NCBI GenBank assembly: GCA_963749915.1
Contig: CAVVOP010000025.1
Span: forward strand, 1 to 64,000
DNA length: 64,000 nucleotides
Reading direction: 5' to 3'
Source of the DNA: an uncultured cyanobacterium
GTDB taxonomy: Bacteria > Cyanobacteriota > Cyanobacteriia > Cyanobacteriales > Cyanobacteriaceae
The position numbers and the translations under genes were made by a program. Positions 1 to 10,649 of this stretch are shown here, one piece after another. Each line of letters starts with the position of its first letter. Within the stretch, counting starts at the first letter, position 1. The notes under the pieces are model-generated. The model searched no databases and was not told the origin of the DNA. It saw only the letters and a list, made by a program, of their open reading frames with translations.

Positions 1-246
1 CTTTCCGATTAAATGTTCTGTGGCTTTGTCTTTAAAAAACTGTGGAAATAGATAAAGAGGTCGAGAAATAAATCCTAATCCGTTCAGAATAATTGCTTTG
101 ACTATTTGACCTGCTGTCACGATTTTCCTCTCGTCAATACCGAGGGCATCATTAATAATTTCTTCAATGCCAATTTCATCTATAACTCCAGCAATTAATC
201 CTAAATGATTAATGGTTTGAACTTGTATATCTTCTGAAAATATCAT
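1..246 (-). mobile_element. IS1634-family transposase, 5' part (runs off window start)
   Basis: Minus strand from ATG 246 reads MIFSEDIQVQTINHLGLIAGVIDEIGIEEIINDALG...GQIVKAIILNGLGF; probable terminus GCGGAATGTGGG at 421-432, whose reverse complement recurs near 19408 and (one mismatch) 19267. Confidence 0.85.
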
Positions 247-564
247 TTCCAAAATTAAATTAAAAACTGAATTTAATTATCCCTTAAACGTTGCTCATTT
301 TTCTACTAATTTATCTGAGTTCTCTTTATAAGCTAGAGAACTAATCACCGAGTATTTCTTGTCGTAGTCAATCACTGTTCAACCTCTAACCTCGTAATCT
401 GAATTTATACAGTTTGACGTGCGGAATGTGGGTTGGAATGACTTAATCAGCTATCCCACAGTTATTTGATGCACGACCGATGCACGACCTTCTATCCCTA
501 GAATTAATTGCCAAGTTCATACTGAAAATTTAAAATATAAATATAATTAAATGGCTTTTAACTG

Positions 565-1440
565 ATGTATCAACAAAGAAATCCTCCTTTGCCCCCTAGG
601 GAACTATTGCCCACCATGTATGATTTACCCAGTGAAACAGTGGAGGATCCCGGTTTGCCCGACGAATTTCATTTAATTCAACCAGAATTATTACGTCTTA
701 CTTTTTCTCCCCCCGATTATCCTGAAAATCGTATTTTTGTAGCCAGTGATCTCAATTTATACTATGATCTTTATCATCCCCAATGGTATAAAAGACCGGA
801 TTGGTTTGGAGTCTTAGGGGTTTCTCGGTTATATGAAGAACGAGAACTAAGATTAAGTTATGTAACATGGCAAGAAAGAATTAGTCCTTATGTAGCGATC
901 GAGCTGATTTCTCCTGGTACAGAACAGGAAGATTTGGGACAAACAGTTTGGGAACTGAATCAACCACCAACCAAATGGATAGTTTATGAACAGATTTTAA
1001 GAATACCCTATTATTTTGTCTTTAATCGTTACACCAATGAATTGAAAGCTTTTGGCTTAATGATGAATCGTTATCAACCCCTCAAGTCTGAACAAATGGG
1101 GTTCTGGTTATCAGAAGCAAAAATTGGCTTGGGATTATGGCAGGGAAGTTATCGAGGAGTGGAACGTCTTTGGTTACGTTGGTATGATGAAGAAGGAAAC
1201 TGGATCGCGACTCCTACTGAACAGGAAAAGCAACGGGCTGAACAGGAAAAGCAACGGGCTGAACAAGAAAAGCAACGGGCTGAACAAGAAAAGCAACGGG
1301 CTGAACAAGAAAAGCAACGGGCTGAACGAGAGCAAAAAAGAGCAGAACTGGCCGAATTAGAAGTAATAAAATTAAGGGAGTTAATGCAAAAAGCAGGTCT
1401 AGAAGTTCCTGAAACCGATCTTAGCAACCCCGATTTATGA
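565..1440 (+). CDS. Uma2 (DUF820) family PD-(D/E)XK protein with C-terminal (EQEKQRA)n coiled coil
   Basis: LPTMYDLPSE...PDWF...ELISPGT motifs; five 21-bp tandem repeats near 1219-1323. Confidence 0.9.
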   Translation: MYQQRNPPLPPRELLPTMYDLPSETVEDPGLPDEFHLIQPELLRLTFSPPDYPENRIFVASDLNLYYDLYHPQWYKRPDWFGVLGVSRLYEERELRLSYVTWQERISPYVAIELISPGTEQEDLGQTVWELNQPPTKWIVYEQILRIPYYFVFNRYTNELKAFGLMMNRYQPLKSEQMGFWLSEAKIGLGLWQGSYRGVERLWLRWYDEEGNWIATPTEQEKQRAEQEKQRAEQEKQRAEQEKQRAEQEKQRAEREQKRAELAELEVIKLRELMQKAGLEVPETDLSNPDL

Positions 1441-1603
1441 GAAAATTCCCCATGAGGAGGCAATAGATTAGATTCGATAACATCAGGTTAAAAATCTCAA
1501 AGTGATGAAAACATTAAAACGCCGATTTCGCTTATCAGATCGGTTTCCTCCTCAATCAATAATTCGTGATGGGGAGTTTAGCTGACCTTACCTAACCGAA
1601 AAT

Positions 1604-1957
1604 ATGAAATATTTTCCCACTGCCAAACTTGATCAAGCCATCAGCGATCGCCGCTTAAAATTAGAGCAAGAACGTCAAAAATTGTTAGCCAAAACCTTAG
1701 ATTGGTTGAATCGGTTTGCGATCAATTATGGTATTAACAAAGCCTATATTTTTGGTTCAGTGATTCGTCGGGAAAAATTTCATCAAGCCTCAGATATTGA
1801 TCTGGCGGTTGAACAGATTAATAATCAGGATTATTGTACTGTAATTAGCCTACTTGCTAACTATTTAGAAAGAGAAGTTGATATCATTAAGCTAGATAGC
1901 TGCCACTTTGCTGATCGAATTCGAGAAAAGGCCATAATATGGACAAAAACACCCTAA
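1604..1957 (+). CDS. Minimal nucleotidyltransferase (MNT) antitoxin
   Basis: YIFGSV...SDIDLAV motif. Confidence 0.85.
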   Translation: MKYFPTAKLDQAISDRRLKLEQERQKLLAKTLDWLNRFAINYGINKAYIFGSVIRREKFHQASDIDLAVEQINNQDYCTVISLLANYLEREVDIIKLDSCHFADRIREKAIIWTKTP

Positions 1958-2171
1958 TTATCTTTCAAACTGATTTGAACGCTCAGTTACATCTGATGAA
2001 ACCTTTATGATTTTAAACGCTTTACGAGGATTTAGACATTTTTTTCGTCATGCTTATGGGACAGCAATTGAATATGATCTGTTGAAAATTAACCTAGATA
2101 AAGCACTCTCTTTATTTCCTTTACTAGACAGAGATATTAGTCATTTTCTGCAACAGCTTACCCCAAATTAA
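1939..2171 (+). pseudogene. HEPN (HepT-like) toxin remnant with internal deletion
   Basis: Start MDKNTLIIFQTDL overlaps the MNT stop; after a frame break it reads SDETFMILNALRGFRHFFRHAYG (RxxxxH motif) ...QQLTPN*; middle of the gene is missing. Confidence 0.75.
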
Positions 2172-2372
2172 AGAAAGTGGTTTTCCCATTGATTCTTACC
2201 TTCTGTAACGAATGTCATCGCTTTCTTCCCCTTGGCGATCTTGTGCTTCAAATTTACGATCAATTTGCGCTAAGATTTCCTCAAAGCGACAATCACTTTC
2301 CTCCTCGATAATTAAGAGCCAAGTTCAGATTGAGAAATTAAAATATAAATACCATTAAATAGTTTTTAACTG

Positions 2373-3164
2373 ATGTATCAACAAAGAAATCCTCCTTTGC
2401 CCCCTAGGGAACTATTACCCACCATGTATGATTTACCTAGTGAAACAGTGGAGGATCCCGGTTTGCCCGACGAATTTCATTTAATTCAACCAGAATTATT
2501 ACGTCTTACTTTTTCTCCCCCCGATTATCCCGAAAATCTTATTTTTGTGGCTAGTGACCTCAATTTATACTATGATCCTTATCATCCCCAATGGTATAAA
2601 AGACCGGATTGGTTTGGAGTATTAGGGGTTTCTCGGTTATATGAAGAACGAGAACTAAGATTAAGTTATGTAACATGGCAAGAAAGAATTAGTCCTTATG
2701 TAGCGATCGAGCTGATTTCTCCTGGTACAGAACAGGAAGATTTGGGACAAACAGTTTGGGAACTGAATCAACCACCAACCAAATGGATAGTTTATGAACA
2801 GATTTTAAGAATACCTTATTATTTTGTCTTTAATCGTTACACCAATGAATTGAAAGCTTTTGGCTTAATGATGAATCGTTATCAACCCCTCAAGTCTGAA
2901 CAAATGGGGTTCTGGTTATCAGAAGCGAAAATTGGCTTGGGATTATGGCAAGGAAGTTATCAAGGAGTGGAACGTCTTTGGTTACGTTGGTATGATGGGC
3001 AAGGAAACTGGATCGCTACTCCCACTGAACAAGAAAAACAGCGTGCTGAACAGGAAAAACAGCGTGCTGAACAAGAAAAACAACGGGCAGATCAAGTGGA
3101 AAGAGAAAATCAGAGATTAAGGGAATTATTAAAACAAGCAGGTATAGACATTCCCCAGGAGTAA
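2373..3164 (+). CDS. Uma2 family protein, near-identical paralog of 565..1440 with fewer EQEKQRA repeats
   Basis: Near-identical protein and similar upstream ~70 bp; three repeats and a different tail. Confidence 0.9.
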   Translation: MYQQRNPPLPPRELLPTMYDLPSETVEDPGLPDEFHLIQPELLRLTFSPPDYPENLIFVASDLNLYYDPYHPQWYKRPDWFGVLGVSRLYEERELRLSYVTWQERISPYVAIELISPGTEQEDLGQTVWELNQPPTKWIVYEQILRIPYYFVFNRYTNELKAFGLMMNRYQPLKSEQMGFWLSEAKIGLGLWQGSYQGVERLWLRWYDGQGNWIATPTEQEKQRAEQEKQRAEQEKQRADQVERENQRLRELLKQAGIDIPQE

Positions 3165-3423
3165 ATTAGCAAATTAATTTTTATTGGCTATCACTGTTTA
3201 AGTAACCTCAGTTTTGGTTAAGATTCTTTCGTGAGGATAGGAGACAGGAGCCAGAATTCGGGATTCAGCAGCTTTATATTTAAAGTTAGCTTAAACACTT
3301 GCGGTATAAGCAAGCTATAAGCCGTAAAAAGTTAAGTTCTCAATCGTTTACAGTATCGTGGTATTATCTGCTAGAATCAGTTTGCTTATTTTGTCTTGAT
3401 AAATTAAGAGAAAAATTTATTTT

Positions 3424-4291
3424 ATGCGTTTACCTGATTTCATTCATTATCATAGGGGCTATGCGTTGTGGAACAACAACTCTCAGTCAAATACTTGGAG
3501 AAATGCCTGATATATATATGTCAGAAGTAAAAGAGGTTCATTTTTTTGATGATAGGAATGGTGCTTATCAGCAAGGAATTGACCATTATGCGTCCTACTT
3601 TCAAAAAGCAAAGGAAAATCAGCTATGTGGGGAATGTACTCCTGAATACTTAGCTTTACCTGAATGTTGTCAGAGGATTTCCGAAGTCATACCTGAAGTT
3701 AAGCTTATTGTAATTTTGAGAGATCCTATTATTCGAGCCTATTCCCACTATCGATATACTGTAATGTATTCAGCAAAGGAATCTCTTTCGTTTGAAGAGG
3801 CATTGGATAGAGAAAAATCTCGGCTAGAATCAGGAAACTATTGGGATTTGGTTCGTTATTCCTACCGTAAACGGGGAGAATATATTGATCAATTGATGAT
3901 GTACGAAAGCTTATTTTCTAAAGATCAAATTCTGGTTCTTTTTTTAGAAGAACTTACAGCAAATCCTGATTCTGTTATTTTAAAAATACGCTCTCATTTA
4001 GGACTCGATAACCTCTCTAATTTTAAATTTTCCAATGTAAAGAAAAACGAAATTCAAAAATTTCCGAAGTCTTTAAAATTGCATCAAACGGCAAAATATC
4101 TGAGCTCAATTTCAGGAAATTCCCTAGCTAATAAGGCTTTAAGAAGATTAGGGAAAGAAATTTCAAAGTTAAACTTAGGAAATACAGTTCCCCTGTTGGA
4201 CAGTGGAGTAAAAAACAAATTAAGGAAATATTATTCTCCTTATAACGACCGTTTATCGGAATGGTTAGGTTATTCGGTTCCTTGGAAATAA
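3424..4291 (+). pseudogene. Sulfotransferase with a 4-bp frameshift near the start
   Basis: ATG 3424 MRLPDFI, extra CATT at 3445-3448, then IIGAMRCGTTTL (PAPS-binding loop), KEVHFFD and LRDPIIRAYS. Confidence 0.7.
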
Positions 4292-4364
4292 GTTGGTTAA
4301 GTTGTCAACAACTAACGACAAGTTTCCTCTAATATTAAATTTATATTCGTTTATTCGCTCGAGA

Positions 4365-4607
4365 ATGAACGAACTTTTAAAAGCAATTGCTGGAGTTGAG
4401 TTAATTGTGAACACAATACTTCAACAGACTAGGGATGTAGCATATAGTTTGCTCAAAAAGTTGCCTTATAGGAAGAGTATTGAAAAAGAATATTCCCCTA
4501 GACCGATGTTACCAGAAACCAGACAAATGCTCATAGAAAAATTTGCTGAACCAAATCGTAAACTAGCGGATTTTTTAGATCGAGATTTATCTCATTGGTC
4601 TGAGTAA
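4365..4607 (+). pseudogene. C-terminal fragment of a second sulfotransferase
   Basis: Tail MLPETRQMLIEKFAEPNRKLADFLDRDLSHW is typical of the family; no N-terminal part. Confidence 0.5.
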
Positions 4608-4652
4608 AAATAACTTATTAATACACACGATTTACAAAAAAAATCAATTGAA

Positions 4653-5753
4653 ATGAAAATTACATTTATTCTGCCTAATTGGGTTGGTAATTTATCTGGT
4701 GGCATGCAATCAAATATAACTTTAGCCTACCATCTTAAGAAAAGAGGTCATCAAGTGTGCCTTTTTTGTTGTCAAAAGAGTTCTCCCACTCTAAAAAAAC
4801 AAATCAAATCTTTATTGAAAGGCAAAGGTTTGATTTCTAAAAGATCAGATTTTTCCTATCTCGATGGCGTGGAAATCGAAGGAAAAATAGTTAATAATCA
4901 ATCACCGTTGACAGATGAGATGTACCAGATGCCGATGTAGTAGTAGCCACATGGTGGGCAACGGCGGAATGGGTGTCAAGTTTATCTCCTCAGAAAGGAG
5001 CAAAAGCATATATTATTCAGGCACTACGAAATTCACGATTATTTGCCGAAAGAAAGGGTTAAAGCAACTGGACTTCTACCTTTCCATAAAATTACTATTT
5101 CTCAATGGTTGTGGATGCTTAGCAAAATCAATACGGAGACGACAACGTTTCTCTCGTTCTTAATAGTGTCGAGACAGAACAATTTAATGCACCTGTCAGT
5201 GAAAAACAAAAAATACCTACCGTAGGTGTTATGTACTCAAACATTTATTGGAAAGGCTGTGATTTTAGTTTTAAAGCCTTTGACCTTAGCAACAGAACAA
5301 ATACCAAATTTACGTTTGCTGGCTTTCGGAAAAAAAGATCCGACTGAAGATTTACCGTTACCTGAAAATACAACTTATATAAAACAACCTCCCCAAAATG
5401 AAATTAAAAATATTTATGCTCAGTGTGATGGTTGGCTTTTTGGTAGCACACTTGAAGGCTTTGGACTCCCTATATTAGAGGCGATGGCTTGTCGCACACC
5501 CGTTATTGGAACTCCTGCTGGTGCCGCTCCTGAATTATTGTCACAAGGTGGAGGTATTCTAGTTAAACCTGAAGATCCAGAGGATATGGCAAAAGCAATT
5601 ATCAAAATTTGTCAAATGTCCAATGAAGAATGGCGATCGATGTCTGATAAGGCTTACAGTACGGCTACTGGCTATACCTGGGATGATGCAGCTAAATTAT
5701 TTGAACAGGCCTTATATAAGGCGATCGAAAGAACAGAAAAGGGCGAACTGTAA
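4653..5753 (+). pseudogene. Glycosyltransferase family 4, multiply frameshifted
   Basis: Pieces in different frames: MKITFILP..., DVPDADVVVATWWATAEW, HKITISQWL, EGFGLPILEAMACRTPVI. Confidence 0.85.
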
Positions 5754-5827
5754 TAGATGAAAAAATAAATCTTGTCTGAATAATACTAGGTTTCATATCA
5801 TAATATATCTGCTCGGGCCCAACGAAA

Positions 5828-5966
5828 TACTGCTCGCAAGCGTGCCGAAAAGGTTGCCGTGAGGGTAATTTAGAATTTAGAATTTAGAATTTAGAATTTA
5901 GAATTTATTACCTTCTGCCTCCTGCCTTACCACCGCCGACAATTATATTTCCTTAGCCGAACAGTA
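5828..5966. repeat. MITE-like element containing (TTAGAAT)n heptamers; related half copy near 10519-10573
   Basis: Ends TACTGCTCG... and ...CCTTAGCCGAACAGTA; second copy ATACTGCTCGGTTAAGG...AATTTAGAATTTAG. Confidence 0.5.
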
Positions 5967-6116
5967 ATGTTTATCAGTCCAATGTTAATTTTTTATAACA
6001 TATCTACCTAAATAACAAAGGATTCCGTATCATTATATACAGAAGTTATTTATTCTTAGAGCAGTAGCAAGGGGATAGTTTCTTCCACAATCGTATTATA
6101 TTTATGGAGAAAAGCT

Positions 6117-6356
6117 ATGGTAGTTCAATTAGCACCCATGCCTACATTGGAATGGGAAAATTCCACCTCCACGAATTGGAATCCTGTTTGTCATATTACT
6201 TATAATCGTGACTCATGGGTAAAACTCAATCAGTCTCCTAGTGATTATAGTCAAGAAGAAGCGTTATTGTTGTGTGAAAAATCCGCCGGTATTTGGGTCA
6301 GTTGGGTACCAGGTTATGGTGAAATTGTTTTAGACAAAAGCGAATTTTATTGTTAA
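6117..6356 (+). CDS. Small cyanobacterial hypothetical protein
   Basis: GGAG before the ATG; plausible C-terminal motif EEALLLCE...WVSWVPGYGE. Confidence 0.7.
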   Translation: MVVQLAPMPTLEWENSTSTNWNPVCHITYNRDSWVKLNQSPSDYSQEEALLLCEKSAGIWVSWVPGYGEIVLDKSEFYC

Positions 6357-6405
6357 TTTTTGATTCCTAGGATAAGGTGTTTTTCTCAACATTCGTTATT
6401 CTGAA

Positions 6406-6497
6406 CAGGACTTACGCAGAATAGCCCTGAAATCCTTGATTTTTCCTTAAAAAGCGATCGCTGAAAAACCAAATCTCGTTTAAATGTGCGAGTCCTG
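6406..6497. mobile_element. MITE with CAGGACTTACGCA-type ends
   Basis: CAGGACTTACGCA at 6406 and TGCGAGTCCTG ending 6497; flanks CTGAA/CTGGA; related end near 62841. Confidence 0.55.
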
Positions 6498-6544
6498 CTG
6501 GAATTGATCTAAAATGGGGGTGAAACTAACCAGAATTAGAGATT

Positions 6545-7000
6545 GTGTGGCGTAACTGGCAATTTATCATCGAAGTCTTGAAAATCATCTTTCGACATCC
6601 TGTATTAGGAGTGACCCTTGTACCGATTTTACCTGATGGGAAAATTGTTCTGGTTTGCCGCCGGGATACTCAAGAATGGAGTTTGCCCGGAGGCATGGTT
6701 GACTGGGGGGAAGACATCCCCAACACTGTTTGTAGAGAACTGAAGGAAGAAACAGGATTAGATTTACTCAAAATTGGTCGTTTAGTGGGGGTTTACTCAT
6801 CACCCGATAGAGATCCTCGTCTTCACTCTATCTCAATACTCATAGAAGTAGAAGTAGGAGGAGAAATGGTTGTTAAAGATACTTGGGAAATTTTAGAGGC
6901 GAAAGCATTTTCAAGGGATAATCTTCCCTTTGGCAATTTAGCCCATGATCATGATCAACAAATAAAAGATTATTTAGAGGGTAAAACAACTATTGCTTAA
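6545..7000 (+). CDS. NUDIX hydrolase
   Basis: Nudix box GGMVDWGEDIPNTVCRELKEETG. Confidence 0.9.
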   Translation: MWRNWQFIIEVLKIIFRHPVLGVTLVPILPDGKIVLVCRRDTQEWSLPGGMVDWGEDIPNTVCRELKEETGLDLLKIGRLVGVYSSPDRDPRLHSISILIEVEVGGEMVVKDTWEILEAKAFSRDNLPFGNLAHDHDQQIKDYLEGKTTIA

Positions 7001-7026
7001 AATAAATTTTCAGAACTGCCAACGAT

Positions 7027-7135
7027 CTAGTGGTGTGACAATGTTGTTTTGAGGGACTGGTTAAGATAATTTTGGATTTTAGATTTTGGATTTTAGATTT
7101 TTTTATCCCTCAATTCAAACTTGACAGACTCCTAG
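7027..7135. repeat. MITE-like inverted-repeat element with internal ATTTTRG heptamers
   Basis: CTAGTGGTGTGACAA...GAGGGA versus TCCCTC...TTGACAGACTCCTAG (imperfect inverted repeats). Confidence 0.5.
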
Positions 7136-7238
7136 AAATCTTGTGTGCAAAATTTCTATAACCTAGAATCCCGAACTCGAATTATTATAACTTTTTGTAA
7201 ACCGACATCAAATTCCCTTGAAAATAAGCTAATATATT

Positions 7239-7252
7239 AATACTTATGTACC
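7239..7252 (+). promoter_or_regulatory. Putative cyanobacterial LexA box upstream of recA
   Basis: AATAC-TTA-TGTACC, one mismatch to RGTAC-N3-DGTWCB. Confidence 0.5.
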
Positions 7253-7319
7253 AAAAAAGTTGTTGCATAGATACTTATTGAACTGTTATTATTTACAAAG
7301 TTAAAATTAAGATTAGCTT

Positions 7320-8390
7320 ATGGCTACCTATACAATCGCTCAAAATCCTGACAAGGAAAAAGCCCTAAATCTCGTCCTAACTCAAATCGAACGCAATTTT
7401 GGTAAAGGCTCAATTATGCGTCTGGGAGACGCCACAAAAATGAAGGTAGAAACCATATCTAGTGGTGCTTTAACCTTAGATCTTGCCCTCGGGGGCGGAC
7501 TTCCTAAAGGTCGTATTATTGAAATTTATGGACCTGAAAGCTCAGGTAAAACAACCTTAGCCCTCCATGCCATCGCCGAAGTGCAAAAAGCAGGAGGAGT
7601 AGCCGCTTTTGTTGACGCTGAACATGCTTTAGATCCTCATTATTCTGCTGCTTTGGGAGTTGATATTGGTAATTTATTAGTAGCCCAACCTGATAACGGA
7701 GAATCAGCACTTGAAATCGTTGATCAATTAGTGCGTAGTTCCGCCGTTGATATAGTTGTCATTGACTCTGTCGCGGCTTTAGTACCCCGTGCAGAAATTG
7801 AGGGGGAAATGGGGGATCTACAAGTAGGATTACAAGCCCGTTTGATGAGTAAGGCTCTGCGTAAAATTGCTGGAAATATTGGTAAATCAGGGGCAACGGT
7901 GGTTTTTCTCAACCAATTACGTCAAAAAATCGGTATTAGTTACGGTAGTCCAGAAGTAACTACTGGAGGTACGGCATTAAAATTTTATGCCTCTGTGCGT
8001 CTTGATATTCGTCGTATTCAAACCCTTAAAAAAGGTAGTGAAGGGGAATACGGTATTAGGGCAAAGGTGAAAGTTGCTAAAAATAAGGTAGCACCGCCTT
8101 TCCGTATCGCTGAATTTGATATTATTTTCGGTTCGGGTATTTCTAGCATCGGTTGTTTGTTGGATTTAGCAGAAAAAACCAATACTGTTACCCGTAAGGG
8201 TGCATGGTATAGCTACGATGGAGAAAATATTGCCCAAGGTAGAGATAACGCCGTTAAATATCTGGAAGAAAAACCCGAAATTGCTGCTGTCATTGAACAA
8301 AAAGTTAAAGTAGAATTGGAAATTAATAACGTCAGTTTTGCCACGTCCACCGATGACACTGAAAACGATGATTTTGAAGTAGAAGAATAA
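7320..8390 (+). CDS. recA: Recombinase RecA
   Basis: GPESSGKTT Walker [15 protein letters not shown]. Confidence 0.99.
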   Translation: MATYTIAQNPDKEKALNLVLTQIERNFGKGSIMRLGDATKMKVETISSGALTLDLALGGGLPKGRIIEIYGPESSGKTTLALHAIAEVQKAGGVAAFVDAEHALDPHYSAALGVDIGNLLVAQPDNGESALEIVDQLVRSSAVDIVVIDSVAALVPRAEIEGEMGDLQVGLQARLMSKALRKIAGNIGKSGATVVFLNQLRQKIGISYGSPEVTTGGTALKFYASVRLDIRRIQTLKKGSEGEYGIRAKVKVAKNKVAPPFRIAEFDIIFGSGISSIGCLLDLAEKTNTVTRKGAWYSYDGENIAQGRDNAVKYLEEKPEIAAVIEQKVKVELEINNVSFATSTDDTENDDFEVEE

Positions 8391-8576
8391 ACAATAATTG
8401 ATAATCGATCATGAAAAGTTAACATCTTTATTAAAGTTTTAACTAACCAGAAATAATTTGTGATCTTAATTCTAACTTCTCAATTTTCTTTAAAATAGTT
8501 CTATGTTTTTGTTCAGAAGATAAGGTTAAAATGGCTTCACGATTGAGTATTGTCAATAATAGCTTTATATTTATTT

Positions 8577-8921
8577 ATGGGTAATTATCATTTATTAATC
8601 CACAAAGCCATTCAAGCCTGTACTGATAAAAATGCTTCTATTTTTGCCCTTTTATTTACCGAGGATGCTGAGATTATTTTTAGTAAAAATTCTCGACTTT
8701 CTAAAAAAGATATTGAAGAGGTAACTAACAAATATTTTTCTACTTTAAAATACGTTAACATTGAGATTTACTGTATACTTATACATGAAAATAAAGCCTT
8801 TATTGAATGGTCGTGGTCAGATTATAATTTAGCCACAAATACCGAAAATCACCGTGATAATGTTATTGTCTTAGACTTTAAAGATAATTTAATTTATCGT
8901 TGGCGAGAGTATAAAAGTTAA
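8577..8921 (+). CDS. SnoaL/NTF2-like protein
   Basis: FALLFTEDA...IYRWREY pattern; ATG 8577 preferred over TTG 8550. Confidence 0.7.
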   Translation: MGNYHLLIHKAIQACTDKNASIFALLFTEDAEIIFSKNSRLSKKDIEEVTNKYFSTLKYVNIEIYCILIHENKAFIEWSWSDYNLATNTENHRDNVIVLDFKDNLIYRWREYKS

Positions 8922-8938
8922 AATTAATCCTCTTTTAT

Positions 8939-9080
8939 TTAATCAATGTTTTCATATAAATCTGATACTTGACAAGTAAAATTAATACTTTTCAAGGTTA
9001 AAATTTCTCCTTGAGAAAAAGAGGTCAATTGCCATGAATTATTATCTTGTTTTTCAAATAAATCAACCCGTTTTTTAAGC
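8939..9080 (-). pseudogene. Uma2 family C-terminal remnant
   Basis: Minus strand ...RVDLFEKQDNNSWQLTSFSQGEILTLKSINFTCQVSDLYENID*. Confidence 0.5.
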
Positions 9081-9132
9081 TCTCAATTCTTACCTTCATA
9101 TCCGCAATATAAACCCTACAGCACCAGTAAAA

Positions 9133-9275
9133 ATGTACGAGAAAAAAGACAAGTGGAGAGATATTTTTGAAAGTAAAATAGCGGCGGATGAAGCATTCTG
9201 GAAAACCTTAGAATGGATGGAGTCAGCCCCTAAATATTTCCCGTGCATGTTGTCAAACCATAAGAAGATGGATAG
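9133..9275 (+). mobile_element. ISL3-family transposase remnant
   Basis: MYEKKDKWRDIFESK...WMESAPKYFP / CQTIRRW resembles cyanobacterial ISL3 C-termini. Confidence 0.45.
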
Positions 9276-9354
9276 ATAAAATATAAATTGAATTAAGATT
9301 AAAGGTTAATTACGAATATTTTATTGTTACCCTACTATCATACTATTTTATTTA

Positions 9355-10398
9355 ATGTTGTTATCTAATGGTCATTTGATTATCAAGACCTTAACCCCTA
9401 TTCTAATTATTGTTTTAGCTATTTTAATCGGTATCTTATTAGAAAATCGTCTTAAAAAACTGAGAAAACAATTAGACGATAATGAGTTATTGAGAAAATA
9501 CTCCTTTATTTTAAGATGTTTTGAAGGTGTTATTTGGATTTGGTCAATGGTAGGGGCGATCGCCTTAATCTTACCAAGTATTAATTTACCTGTACCTTTA
9601 AATATTTTAATCCAAAAAATACTGCTAGTTATTGCCTTAGGAATGGCGACAATTTTAGCATCTCGTTTAGCCGTTAATGCCATTCAAGTTTATAGTAAAA
9701 AATCTAATACCACCGTTTCTTTAACCTCATTATTTGAGTATTTAACTAAAGTTATAATTTTTACTGTTGGATTTTTGATTATTATCCAATCTATTGGTAT
9801 TCAAATTACGGCATTAATTACGGCTTTTGGGGTAGGTAGTTTATCTGTTGGTTTAGCTTTTCAAAATACTTTAAGTAACTTAATTTCTGGGGTAAATATT
9901 ATTATTTCTGGCAAAATTCGTCCTGGAGATTATATTCAATTCAAAAGTGGAGAAGAAGGATATGTCACAGATGTCGAATTAAAATATACTCTTATTAAAG
10001 ATATTTATCACAGTATAATTGTTATTCCTAATCGACAAATTATCGATGCCAGTTTTAAGAATTATACCCTAGAAAATACCGGGATGTTGTTGCCCATAAA
10101 AATAGGGGTTAGTTATGAAAGTGATTTAGAAAAAGTAGAACAAATAACATTACAAGTAGCTAAAAATATTTTACAAACAATCGACGGTGGATGTCAACAA
10201 TATGATCCTTTTTTAAGATATGATAATTTTGATTATTACGCTATTAATTTAACAGTTTATTTAAAAATAAATGAATATTTAGATAGATTGTTGATTACCC
10301 ATGAATTTATTAAAGAAATCCATAAAACCTATAAACAAGAAAATATTATTCTAGCGTTTCCTTTAGTTAATCCTTATCTAGGAATCGGGGAAACGTAA
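9355..10398 (+). CDS. Small-conductance mechanosensitive channel (MscS family)
   Basis: GLAFQNTLSNLISG...IRPGDYI, IVIPN, GVSYESDL. Confidence 0.92.
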   Translation: MLLSNGHLIIKTLTPILIIVLAILIGILLENRLKKLRKQLDDNELLRKYSFILRCFEGVIWIWSMVGAIALILPSINLPVPLNILIQKILLVIALGMATILASRLAVNAIQVYSKKSNTTVSLTSLFEYLTKVIIFTVGFLIIIQSIGIQITALITAFGVGSLSVGLAFQNTLSNLISGVNIIISGKIRPGDYIQFKSGEEGYVTDVELKYTLIKDIYHSIIVIPNRQIIDASFKNYTLENTGMLLPIKIGVSYESDLEKVEQITLQVAKNILQTIDGGCQQYDPFLRYDNFDYYAINLTVYLKINEYLDRLLITHEFIKEIHKTYKQENIILAFPLVNPYLGIGET

Positions 10399-10649
10399 AT
10401 AACCTCAGTTTTGGATTGAAAAACATGCAGATAGTAAGCTGATTAATAATCCATTGCAAGCAGTTCATGCGAAGCATGGTGCCAAGGCCGATCTCGAAGA
10501 GCTCGGGTGCACGAAGCAATACTGCTCGGTTAAGGCTAAAATTTATGTTGTGAGGCAAATTTAGAATTTAGAAACAACAATCATAACATTTTTCTTTTAC
10601 ATAATTACGGTTAAATTGGCTATAGTAGCGAAGTTTATGATTAAAAATT

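Noticed and set aside
1219..1323. 21-bp tandem repeats as a possible CRISPR array
   Set aside because: No spacers, in-frame coding repeats, and no cas genes in the window.
565..3164. Uma2 paralogs as DGR template and target
   Set aside because: Differences are sparse and not adenine-restricted; both copies are full ORFs.
3299..3423. N-terminal extension of the sulfotransferase given by the ORF track
   Set aside because: Arises from the 4-bp frameshift; the family-typical start is ATG 3424.
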